Notes under the pieces: generated by a model | What the model saw: the letters and a program-made list of their open reading frames with translations, nothing else | What the model was told of the DNA's origin: nothing | Databases searched by the model: none | In this document: positions 19,026 to 27,990 of the stretch, one piece after another | Layout: every line of letters starts with the position of its first letter | Position numbering within the stretch: the stretch's first letter is position 1 | Position numbers and translations under genes: made by a program | Sequence record: SRR22947725_362 | Direction: 5' to 3' (one strand) | Length of the DNA: 53,847 nt

Positions 19026-19730
19026 TTGAAAAATAATCTCCCGCAAGATGATTTTAGTTTTGTCATATTAAGCAATAATGATATTTACTTACCTTTATTT
19101 GAAAGATTTAATAAAAAAGGGCGTTGGCGCTTGATTAGTAGTAGAGAGGGTTTGACTCTTGAGCGAATTCAGGAAATAAACCCGAGATATATTTTTGTAA
19201 CTCATTGGTCCTATATCATACCAAAAGAGATCTACCGGTCTTTTGAAGTCGTGATTTTCCACATGACGGATTTGCCATATGGCCGTGGAGGAAGTCCTCT
19301 GCAAAACCTTATCACCAGAGGACATAAGCAGACTAAAATTTCCGCATTAAGGTGTTCTGCCGGAATTGACAGTGGGCCGATTTATATGAAAGAGGAGCTT
19401 AGTCTGGATGGTGCGGCACGTGATATTTTTCTTCGTGCATCAGGAGTGATTGAAAAAATGATAGTCAAGATAATTAGAGATGAACCTCAACCCATTCCGC
19501 AAAGTGGCGAGCCTGAGTTATTCCAAAGGCGTAAGCCTGCTGACGGCAATATAAGTAAATTAGTAAATATTGATCAGGTATATGATTATATTCGCATGCT
19601 GGATGCTGATTCTTACCCGCATGCTTTCATAGAATGGGGTAATTTAAAATTAGAGTTTACCGACGCGTCTTTAAGTGATGGTTTTGTTCAGGCTGTAGTG
19701 AAAATTTACCCCAGAGAACCAAATGAGTAA
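19026..19730 (+). CDS. Sugar N-formyltransferase (Fmt-like)
   Basis: HWSYII, IFHMTDLPYGRGGSP, GIDSGPI, IRMLD-YP motifs. Confidence 0.85.
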   Translation: MKNNLPQDDFSFVILSNNDIYLPLFERFNKKGRWRLISSREGLTLERIQEINPRYIFVTHWSYIIPKEIYRSFEVVIFHMTDLPYGRGGSPLQNLITRGHKQTKISALRCSAGIDSGPIYMKEELSLDGAARDIFLRASGVIEKMIVKIIRDEPQPIPQSGEPELFQRRKPADGNISKLVNIDQVYDYIRMLDADSYPHAFIEWGNLKLEFTDASLSDGFVQAVVKIYPREPNE

Positions 19731-20391
19731 AATATTGATTGTTGCGGCACATCCAGACGATGAAGTATTAGGATGTGGCGGCGCCATTGCAAAGCATTCA
19801 TCTGTCGGAGATGAAGTGTTTATCATGTTTTTGGGAGATGGAGAAAGTAGTCGCGGAGACAGTAGCGGTCAGTTGATTCTAAAGAGAGAACAGTTCGCTC
19901 GGGAAGCAGTAAATATTCTGGGAGCATCCGTATTTAGGTCGGAGAAATTTCCCGATAACCAAATGGACTCTATTCCGCGGCTCAAAATTATTCAAAAAGT
20001 GGAGGACGTCATAGAGGAAATTCAGCCGGAGATTGTTTATACCCATCATTCCGGAGACCTAAATGTAGATCACCGAAGAACTCATGAAGCTGTTTTGACA
20101 GCTTGTCGCCCGCAGCCTGAATTTTGTGTTAAAAGAATTTTATTTTGGGAAACTCCATCCAGTACCGAGTGGCAAACCCCAAGTTCACTGTCATTTACCC
20201 CAAACTGGTTTGTAGATATCTCAGATCACCTTGAGAAGAAACTTCAAGCTCTGAATATTTATCAAGAAGAAATGTGTGCTTGGCCACATGCACGCTCTAT
20301 TCAGGCAGTTGAACACCTCTGTCGTTGGCGTGGAGCGATTGTCGGTGTGAAAGCTGCAGAAGCTTTTATATTAGGTAGAAACATTACATAG
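19723..20391 (+). CDS. PIG-L/LmbE family N-deacetylase
   Basis: AAHPDDE, YTHH-GDLNVDH, FVDIS-LEKK, AEAF. Confidence 0.9.
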   Translation: MSKILIVAAHPDDEVLGCGGAIAKHSSVGDEVFIMFLGDGESSRGDSSGQLILKREQFAREAVNILGASVFRSEKFPDNQMDSIPRLKIIQKVEDVIEEIQPEIVYTHHSGDLNVDHRRTHEAVLTACRPQPEFCVKRILFWETPSSTEWQTPSSLSFTPNWFVDISDHLEKKLQALNIYQEEMCAWPHARSIQAVEHLCRWRGAIVGVKAAEAFILGRNIT

Positions 20392-20400
20392 AGAGATTAT

Positions 20401-21465
20401 ATGGGGAAAGATTTTTTAAATTTAAATGACCGGAGTGTTGGTGTGGGTTTGCCTCCTTACATAATTGCGGAAATGTCAGGTAATCACAATGGCGACATTA
20501 ATCGAGCTTTGCGACTAATAGAAGAAGCTGCAGCTGCAGGAGCAGATGCAGTTAAGCTTCAAACCTATACTGCAGACACTATGACCATACAATCAGAGAA
20601 AGCGGCATTTAAAATTGAGGGAGGTTTGTGGGATGGATATACGCTCTATGATTTGTATAAGTGGGCCTATACTCCTTGGGAATGGCATGAAGCGTTGTTT
20701 CAGAAAGCCAGGGAATGCGGGCTTGATTGCTTTAGTACACCTTTTGATGAAACAGCAGTTGATTTCTTGGAACAGTTTGACCCTCTTTATTATAAGGTAG
20801 CCTCTTTTGAAATGACTGATTTACCCTTACTTAATAAAATTGCTTCTACGGGCAGAGCAGTTATTATGTCAACAGGCATGGCAAGTCTTGAAGAAATTGA
20901 AGAGAGTGTGAAGTGTTTAAAGGATGGCGGTTGTAAAAACCTTACGCTTCTGCATTGTGTGAGTTCTTATCCCGCCCCGGCAGATCAGTATAATTTAAGA
21001 ACAATTCAGGATTTGGCTGAACGTTTTGATGTACGTGCAGGATTGTCGGATCATACGCTTGGAATTACGACATCTCTGGTGAGTATAGCTCTTGGAGCAG
21101 AAGTCATTGAAAAGCATTTTACTATAAAGCGCAGTGAAGGCGGCCCCGATGCAGCTTTTTCTCTGGAGCCGCAAGAACTCAAACAATTGTGCAGAGAGGC
21201 GGCAATAGCCTGGCAGGCGACAGGTAGAGTAAATTACGAACTTCAGGACTGTGAAAAGGCGAATATAAAATTCCGGCGCTCAATCTATGTAGTCGAAAAT
21301 ATTAAAAAAGGTGATGTTTTTACACCTAAAAACGTTCGTAGAATTAGACCGGGTTTTGGTTTGGAACCAAAATTTTATGACGATGTTTTAGGGGGAACTG
21401 CTAAATGCGATATAGAAAAAGGTGAAGCCTTGAATGGTGGAATGATTGAGGGATGGAGACATTAA
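20401..21465 (+). CDS. pseI: Pseudaminic acid synthase (NeuB family with SAF domain)
   Basis: IIAEMSGNHNG, VKLQTYTADT, KVASFE, GLSDHTLG, IEKHF, IRPGFGL. Confidence 0.93.
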   Translation: MGKDFLNLNDRSVGVGLPPYIIAEMSGNHNGDINRALRLIEEAAAAGADAVKLQTYTADTMTIQSEKAAFKIEGGLWDGYTLYDLYKWAYTPWEWHEALFQKARECGLDCFSTPFDETAVDFLEQFDPLYYKVASFEMTDLPLLNKIASTGRAVIMSTGMASLEEIEESVKCLKDGGCKNLTLLHCVSSYPAPADQYNLRTIQDLAERFDVRAGLSDHTLGITTSLVSIALGAEVIEKHFTIKRSEGGPDAAFSLEPQELKQLCREAAIAWQATGRVNYELQDCEKANIKFRRSIYVVENIKKGDVFTPKNVRRIRPGFGLEPKFYDDVLGGTAKCDIEKGEALNGGMIEGWRH

Positions 21466-22393
21466 TTTGTATAAAGCAGTTATTGTCGGTGCTGGGAACA
21501 TAGGTATTAAGTATGATTTAAACAGCCATACTAAAGGAGCCTTAACTCATTATAAGTCATACTTGGGAAACTCCCGGACAAAGCTCGTGGCAATATGTGA
21601 TCTTTTGGAACCAACACTAGAGATAGCTGATAAGATCAAGTATTACTCAGATATTAATTTGATGCTGACAGAGGTTCAGCCTGATATTGTAAGTATTTGT
21701 TCTCCAAGTGAGCATCATTATTTACATGCAGTCGAATGTCTCAATAAGAATGTTGCAATGGTTTGGCTGGAAAAGCCGGTTTGTACGGATTTAGAAGATA
21801 GTTATAAATTAATGGCTTTATTAGTGAAGTCTAATTCGACAGTTTTAGTTAATTATTTGAGACGCTATATAAGTTCTTTTATTGAACTCAAAAATATTTT
21901 ATACTCAAAAAAATATGGCGAGATCAAATCAATATCACTTGAATATTCTCGAGGGCTACAAGTAAATGGCGTTCATGTTATTGATATATTAAATTATATT
22001 ACAGACGATGCAGTTGATTTTAAAATAATTTCAAAAATTAGAAATGGCAATTCAGTAAACTGTATTTTACAGGGCGATGACTACAACATATTTCTTAGCG
22101 GCATTGACTCCAACTACCATATACTTGATATTCAGGTGAATTGTGAAAAAGGACGCTTATATATAAAAAACAACGATATGGTGCTTTACGTAGAGGAAGA
22201 AATTCCCAATCCTCAACACAGAGGATTTTATAAACTGGGTGCGAGAAAAATGCTCAAAGAAGGTGATCTTTATGCCGCACTCCCCGACGCTCTGGAGAAC
22301 TTGATCCATTCCTTTGAGAATGAAAGCCAAGCAGTCAGCTCATTGAATACAGCATTAGTTACGGAAAAACTTATAGGCGAATTACTGATATGA
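21446..22393 (+). CDS. Gfo/Idh/MocA family oxidoreductase
   Basis: VGAGNIG, DIVSICSP, WLEKP, VNYLRRY, GVHVID. Confidence 0.85.
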   Translation: MRDGDINLYKAVIVGAGNIGIKYDLNSHTKGALTHYKSYLGNSRTKLVAICDLLEPTLEIADKIKYYSDINLMLTEVQPDIVSICSPSEHHYLHAVECLNKNVAMVWLEKPVCTDLEDSYKLMALLVKSNSTVLVNYLRRYISSFIELKNILYSKKYGEIKSISLEYSRGLQVNGVHVIDILNYITDDAVDFKIISKIRNGNSVNCILQGDDYNIFLSGIDSNYHILDIQVNCEKGRLYIKNNDMVLYVEEEIPNPQHRGFYKLGARKMLKEGDLYAALPDALENLIHSFENESQAVSSLNTALVTEKLIGELLI

Positions 22394-23517
22394 ATATTCT
22401 TGTTTCTGGCAGTGATGTTGGTGGAGTAAGGGCATTATTACCGGTAATAGAAGAATTAAGTAAGCAAAAGGAAAAGCTATTTATTTTGAAGCAAGGCGCT
22501 CTTGTTTCAGAAGCAGCACATTTTAACGCTTTTATTGAGACAAGGGATTATATTCAATTTCTTAAAGAGGAAAATATTGATGCCGTTTTTTTCTCTACGT
22601 CAATAAGTGATCAAGTGACACTGAAACTGGTCAAAAGTGCAAAACAGTTACACATAAAAACGATCTGCTTACTAGACAATTGGATGAATTATTCGATCAG
22701 GTTTAGATTGAACGATTCTTATGTCTGGCCAGATATCTATTTAGTAATGGACGAATTTGCCAAAAAAGAAGCAGTATTAGCAGGCGTACCAAGCGAAATA
22801 GTGCATGTTTCTGGACACCCTGGATTGGTATCACTTTTTGATCAATATGAAAAATCTCAGGATAAATCAGATGACTTTAAAAATAGAAATAAAATAGCAC
22901 GCCATAAAAAGCTAGTTGTTTTTATTTCAGAACCTGCTGAGCAAGATCATGGGGCAGATAGTCAAAACCCCAAGTTTAGGGGATATACAGAAAAAACTGT
23001 TTTCGCGCAAATATGTAAATCTCTGCAGCCATTCAAAGAACAGTTTTATTTGGGGATTGTTCTGCACCCGAGAGAAAAACCTGGAAACTTAAATTCTATT
23101 TGGGCTGAGTATTCAAATTTATCCGGTGGTTTCCTCAATATAGAAAATGGGAGAGAAGCAATAATAATGGCGGATGGAGTATGTGGAATGTGTTCAATTC
23201 TATTGTACGAATCGACTCTTCTTACCAAACCCACTTTAAGCATACAACCAAACCTTTTGAAAGAAGATGCAAAGTTTCTAGAGAAAAACACTTCAGCATT
23301 GTGCATTACACAAAATAAGAATATAGAAAAGAAAATTCAAAACTGGTTGCAAAGGCTTTTAACTGGTGGTGTTGAAAAACAAACACAAAAAGTTCACCAA
23401 AATGCAGAAAAAGCAGAAAAAGCAGAAAATGCAGAAAATGCAGAAAAAGCAGAAAATGCAGTTGAAAAAGTTTTGAAATATTTAACGGGAAAAGAGATAA
23501 ATGAAATTAGCAATTAA
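22390..23517 (+). CDS. GT-B-fold protein, candidate CMP-nonulosonate or phosphoglycosyl transferase
   Basis: LLDNW, PDIYLVMD, SGHP, FISEP, LHPRE, ADGVCGMCSILLYE; family not firmly recognised. Confidence 0.5.
   Translation: MNILVSGSDVGGVRALLPVIEELSKQKEKLFILKQGALVSEAAHFNAFIETRDYIQFLKEENIDAVFFSTSISDQVTLKLVKSAKQLHIKTICLLDNWMNYSIRFRLNDSYVWPDIYLVMDEFAKKEAVLAGVPSEIVHVSGHPGLVSLFDQYEKSQDKSDDFKNRNKIARHKKLVVFISEPAEQDHGADSQNPKFRGYTEKTVFAQICKSLQPFKEQFYLGIVLHPREKPGNLNSIWAEYSNLSGGFLNIENGREAIIMADGVCGMCSILLYESTLLTKPTLSIQPNLLKEDAKFLEKNTSALCITQNKNIEKKIQNWLQRLLTGGVEKQTQKVHQNAEKAEKAENAENAEKAENAVEKVLKYLTGKEINEISN
23401..23460 (+). repeat. In-frame 9-bp tandem repeat (GCAGAAAAW, 6 full copies plus partial)
   Basis: Encodes NAEKAEKAENAENAEKAENA near the C-terminus of 22390-23517. 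Confidence 0.95.
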
Positions 23518-24790
23518 TGGTGGTCCTAAAGTCCGTCAAAATTTATTTCCTGCTTATAAAGTAATAGGTGAAGAAGAGAAAAAGGCTGTAAACAGGGTCC
23601 TGGACTCTGGAATTCTTTCCCGCTTTTTAGGGTGCTGGCATGACGACTTTTATGGAGGGCCGGAAATACAATCCCTGGAAAAAGAATGGGCTGAATACTT
23701 TGGTGTTAAACATGCCATTGCAGTCAATTCAGCTACCTCTGCATTATACTGCGCAGTAGGTGCCACTGGAGTAGAGCCAGGTGAAGAGATTATCGTTTCT
23801 CCTTATACGATGTCCGCGTCGGCAACAGCGGCTCTGGTTTATAATGCCATTCCGGTTTTTAGTGACATCGAAGAAGAGTATTTTTGCCTGGATGCGGATT
23901 CTATTGAAAAAAATATTACTTCTAAAACCAGGGCAATTATTATTGTCGATATTTTTGGTCTTCCATATGACGTTGAAAGAATCAATCAGATTGCCAAAAG
24001 GCATAATTTGCTGGTCATCGAAGATTGTGCACAGGCTCCAGGAGCACTGTACCAAAATAAATATGCCGGAACCCTTGGAGATATCGGCGTTTATTCCCTC
24101 AATTATCATAAGCATATTCATGCCGGAGAAGGTGGAATTATTGTTACAGATAATGATGAATATGCGGATAAAATGCGCCTTATAAGAAATCATGCCGAAG
24201 CAGTTGTTGAAGCAAAAGGGAATCCCGATCTGACTAATATGATAGGTTTCAATTATAGAATGACCGAAATTGAAGCGGCAATTAGCCGCTGTCAATTAAG
24301 GAAACTAAAAGGCCTAGTGGATGAACGCCAAAGTAATGTTCAATACCTGGAAAATGGCTTAAATAATATTGCATGCTTGAGCCTGCCAAAAGTAAGGCCT
24401 GATTGCACACACTCCTACTACGTACATCCGCTGAAGTTTAATGAAGAAATAGCCGGTATCAGCCGGACAAAGTTTGTTGAAGCGGTAGCGGCAGAATTAA
24501 CTCCTATTGAACTTCGGGAAGGTGAGGGAGTCAAAATAGGCGCTGGTTATTGCAAACCTCTCTATAGATTACCGATGTATCAAAAACAGCAGGCATATGG
24601 TACGAAAGGTTACCCCTTTAGTCTTGGAAATTATGATTATACTCGGCTGCATTATCCCGTTGTGGAAAAAATGCATAACAGTGAATTAATAACTCATGAA
24701 TTGATGAGGCCGGGAATGTCACAACAAGATCTAGACGATGTTGTTAAAGCCTTTAATAAAGTCTGGGAAAATATTCATGAAATTTCATGA
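23501..24790 (+). CDS. DegT/DnrJ/EryC1/StrS family aminotransferase (second in locus)
   Basis: KLAINGG, NSATSAL, EDCAQA, SLNYHKHIHAGEGG, GFNYRMTE. Confidence 0.9.
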   Translation: MKLAINGGPKVRQNLFPAYKVIGEEEKKAVNRVLDSGILSRFLGCWHDDFYGGPEIQSLEKEWAEYFGVKHAIAVNSATSALYCAVGATGVEPGEEIIVSPYTMSASATAALVYNAIPVFSDIEEEYFCLDADSIEKNITSKTRAIIIVDIFGLPYDVERINQIAKRHNLLVIEDCAQAPGALYQNKYAGTLGDIGVYSLNYHKHIHAGEGGIIVTDNDEYADKMRLIRNHAEAVVEAKGNPDLTNMIGFNYRMTEIEAAISRCQLRKLKGLVDERQSNVQYLENGLNNIACLSLPKVRPDCTHSYYVHPLKFNEEIAGISRTKFVEAVAAELTPIELREGEGVKIGAGYCKPLYRLPMYQKQQAYGTKGYPFSLGNYDYTRLHYPVVEKMHNSELITHELMRPGMSQQDLDDVVKAFNKVWENIHEIS

Positions 24791-25304
24791 AGAAATTGGG
24801 AATGAAAATCTGATTTTAATACCTTACTCAGAAGAATTCATTTCTAATGAATACATTTCGTGGTTAAATAATAAAGAAATAATGAAGTACAGCGAGCAGA
24901 GGCATAAAAACCATACCAGAAAATCATGTTTACAGTATGTCAAATCCTTTGATTTCGAGAACAATGGTTTATGGGCAATTTTTCATAAAAGCAGTGATAA
25001 ACATATAGGAAATATAAATATTTACTATGATGTTGTTAATAACAGGGCGGATATAGGGATATTAGTGGGCGATGTAGCTTTTAGTGGTAAAAGTTATGGC
25101 TATCAGTCATTCAAGATGATGTTGGAATATTTATTAAATATCCATCAAATTCATAAGGTCACTGCTGGAACAATGTCTATTAATAAAGCGATGCTAAGAA
25201 TAATGGAAAAATGCGAAATGATCAAAGATGGCGTCTATAAGGACCATTTTTATTGTGATGGGGGTTATGTCGATCTTATTCATATGGCAAAATTTCAAGT
25301 CTGA
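24777..25304 (+). CDS. RimJ-type GNAT N-acetyltransferase (could substitute for PseH)
   Basis: YISWLN, HIGNI, ADIGILVG, GKSYG, KVTAG, NKAM; ATG 24777 preferred. Confidence 0.8.
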   Translation: MKFHEEIGNENLILIPYSEEFISNEYISWLNNKEIMKYSEQRHKNHTRKSCLQYVKSFDFENNGLWAIFHKSSDKHIGNINIYYDVVNNRADIGILVGDVAFSGKSYGYQSFKMMLEYLLNIHQIHKVTAGTMSINKAMLRIMEKCEMIKDGVYKDHFYCDGGYVDLIHMAKFQV

Positions 25305-25352
25305 TAGCAGACATTTAAATTAAAAAAGCGATTTCCTAATACTCATATTATC

Positions 25353-26942
25353 ATGATTCAAAAATTGAAAGAAAATTTCATGGCTGTCCTAAAAGCAAAC
25401 TTCATGAATAAACATGAAAAGGCTTTTGTTAAACAGATGGATGAAGAGCTACCGCTAATTCCCACCAATGATAAACAGCGTGTTTTAATACAAATGCCTA
25501 TAGATTATGCTTATGCCATTAAGTTTCGCTATTTGTCATCTTATTTCAGCAGAAAACTAAATGCTTCATGTGATTATGTGTCGATTTGGACAAATGCCGA
25601 GGTATATGGCCGAAAGAGTAAGTTCGGCTTTATAGTGAATAAGCTGATGAACAGTCAAAGAGTTACTAAAAAATGGTCTAAGCTATATGGAACTAAAGCC
25701 CCCGCTCTTTTCAACAGTGGCACTCTAAGTTCTTATGAAGAGGCCTTGCTAAAGGCGAAAGCGCAAATTAAATCCATTAAGACGAAAGAAGCACTAATAA
25801 ACTTCAAGATGGATGGCTTGAGTATTGGACATTATATTTACGATACCTACTTGCGGTTTTCACCATCAGTTACAGTTAATCTTAAGGATGAGTTTTTAAC
25901 TCATGTCATAGCCTCTGCCTACCAAATAAAAAGTAATATTGAGCATTATTTAGACAACCATGATGTCCAATTACTGGTGACAACTTACTGTGGTTATATC
26001 CACCATGGAATCTTAGTGGATATGTGCTTGGAAAGGGGGATCAAAGTTTATTCATTTGGTTTAATTCACCCTTTCATTAATCAAATTAAAGAAGACTTTA
26101 AAACACACCGCCCCAGATATTTTGAATACCGGGAAAAATTTCAACTTGAGCCCGATAAACAACAAAAGTTGAACGATGCCAGTGAACAGTTGCAAAAAAG
26201 GTTCAATGGGCAAACGGATGCAGCGATACATTATATTAAACATCATTCATTTAGTGAACCGGGCAATGAGAAAATCTTTAAAAAGGATGGGCCACGGGCA
26301 TTAATTATGCTGCATTGTTTTTTCGACAATCCTCATATTTATAGGAAAATGCTTTTTCCCGATTTTCATGAATGGATAAATTTTCTATTAACCCGTGCCA
26401 GTGAGTCAAATTCGTGTCAGTTTTATGTGAAACCCCATCCGGGGGGAGTACCGGGAAACTGGCAGATTATCGAAGACTTAAAGAAAAAGTACCCCAAAAT
26501 AATATTTCTGGACCCCAAGATAAGTAATAAAGCTATAATAAATGAAGGGGTTGATGTGTTGTTTACAGTGTATGGTACAGTGGGACATGAGTTCCCATGG
26601 CATGGTATCCCAGTGGTCAACGCTGGTGACAATCCGCATATGTCCTTTGATTTCTCAATCACCCCGAAATCAATCGAGCAATATGAATCGTATATACATT
26701 CTCCTCTGTCTTTGAAAGTACCAAACAACGCTCGGGAGCAAATATCAGAGTTTTATTATATGCATAACTTACCACTTGAGAAGTATAATAATATTTTTAA
26801 TTTAATGGAAGCTCCTTATTCGGTGGATGATGCCAGACTGTTGACTTGGTTTTTAAAGAATAAGAATGGCAATGATGGAATTTTTCAAAACATAAAGGAG
26901 GCTGAAAGTGATCTTGAAAAATATAATTCGCTCGCCTTTTGA
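25353..26942 (+). CDS. KpsS/Capsule_synth-like protein, candidate nonulosonate glycosyltransferase
   Basis: C-terminal YVKPHP and FTVYGTVGHE-GIPVV pattern typical of KpsS/KpsC-like HP-motif proteins. Confidence 0.6.
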   Translation: MIQKLKENFMAVLKANFMNKHEKAFVKQMDEELPLIPTNDKQRVLIQMPIDYAYAIKFRYLSSYFSRKLNASCDYVSIWTNAEVYGRKSKFGFIVNKLMNSQRVTKKWSKLYGTKAPALFNSGTLSSYEEALLKAKAQIKSIKTKEALINFKMDGLSIGHYIYDTYLRFSPSVTVNLKDEFLTHVIASAYQIKSNIEHYLDNHDVQLLVTTYCGYIHHGILVDMCLERGIKVYSFGLIHPFINQIKEDFKTHRPRYFEYREKFQLEPDKQQKLNDASEQLQKRFNGQTDAAIHYIKHHSFSEPGNEKIFKKDGPRALIMLHCFFDNPHIYRKMLFPDFHEWINFLLTRASESNSCQFYVKPHPGGVPGNWQIIEDLKKKYPKIIFLDPKISNKAIINEGVDVLFTVYGTVGHEFPWHGIPVVNAGDNPHMSFDFSITPKSIEQYESYIHSPLSLKVPNNAREQISEFYYMHNLPLEKYNNIFNLMEAPYSVDDARLLTWFLKNKNGNDGIFQNIKEAESDLEKYNSLAF

Positions 26943-27912
26943 TCTTTATTATTTTCTGAGAGGCATAAAAAAATATAAACAGTCAGGAGTTAATTCAAAA
27001 AGGGCTCACCAGGCTATGATAAACTTATACTGTTTGACGAAAGGAAAGAGTAATGATTGGTTTACGCCTTTGGTAAATAATAATATTAGCTGTAGCGTGG
27101 ATAGATCGAGCTTTTTGGATGACGAACAGAAAGCAGTTGATGAAATCGTAAAAGTCATCAGAAATAAGGGTTATTATGTCTTTGAGACCAAGTTATCAGA
27201 ATCTTGGGTCAGTAAGCTGATTGATTTTACAGAAGGTAAAGATTATGAATACACCGGAGGATTTGGAGGCGCAACTTCAGGAAAATACGATGAAAAAAAT
27301 GTTAACGCAGCCAGGTATTCTTTACCTGGTACAGAGCTTTTTAAAAACAAAGAAGTCTGGGATGTTATCGGTGATGCTAAATTATTAAGTATTGTCCAAA
27401 ATTATTTATGTAGTTTTCCAACCTTAGATATCGCAAATGTTATGTGGTCTGTGGCAGTTGGTGGTCAGCCGGATGCAGCTGCCGGGCAATTATTTCATTT
27501 TGATATGGACAGGCTAAAATGGTTAAAGCTTTTTATTTATCTTACAGACGTCACATCTAAAAATGGTCCCCATTGCTTTATCGAAAACAGTCATCATAAG
27601 AAACCTTACGATCTATTGAAGAGAGGCTATACTCGGCTTGAAGATGGTCAAATTAAGGAGTTTTATGATCAAAAATACTTAAAGGAACTGACAGGCCAAC
27701 GAGGGACAATGATGTTGGTTGATACCTCCGGGTTTCATAAGGGGAAACACATATTGGAGGGCAGGAGAGGTGTTTTTCATTTGAATTATGCAAATAGTTT
27801 ATTCGGAGGGTGCTTTGATCCTATTGAGATTAAGAAAGGTGAAATTCATCCTGAAGGGTTGGAAGTAATAGAACGTTACCCGACCTTGTTTAACAAGTAT
27901 CGGATTTTGTAA
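26908..27912 (+). CDS. PhyH-like Fe(II)/2-oxoglutarate dioxygenase
   Basis: FHFD (HxD), LFIYLTDV-NGP, SH, DTSGFHKG and distal Arg. Confidence 0.75.
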   Translation: MILKNIIRSPFDLYYFLRGIKKYKQSGVNSKRAHQAMINLYCLTKGKSNDWFTPLVNNNISCSVDRSSFLDDEQKAVDEIVKVIRNKGYYVFETKLSESWVSKLIDFTEGKDYEYTGGFGGATSGKYDEKNVNAARYSLPGTELFKNKEVWDVIGDAKLLSIVQNYLCSFPTLDIANVMWSVAVGGQPDAAAGQLFHFDMDRLKWLKLFIYLTDVTSKNGPHCFIENSHHKKPYDLLKRGYTRLEDGQIKEFYDQKYLKELTGQRGTMMLVDTSGFHKGKHILEGRRGVFHLNYANSLFGGCFDPIEIKKGEIHPEGLEVIERYPTLFNKYRIL

Positions 27913-27990
27913 ATGTTTTTACGATTACTTAGAAAAATAAAATGGTGCAGAGGATTTAGAAATGATTAATATCTATTTTAAGGGAAAAGT

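Noticed and set aside
23401-23460. Repeat as a CRISPR array or mobile-element end
   Set aside because: Head-to-tail 9-mers with no spacers, in frame within a CDS; no cas, transposase or integrase genes in the window
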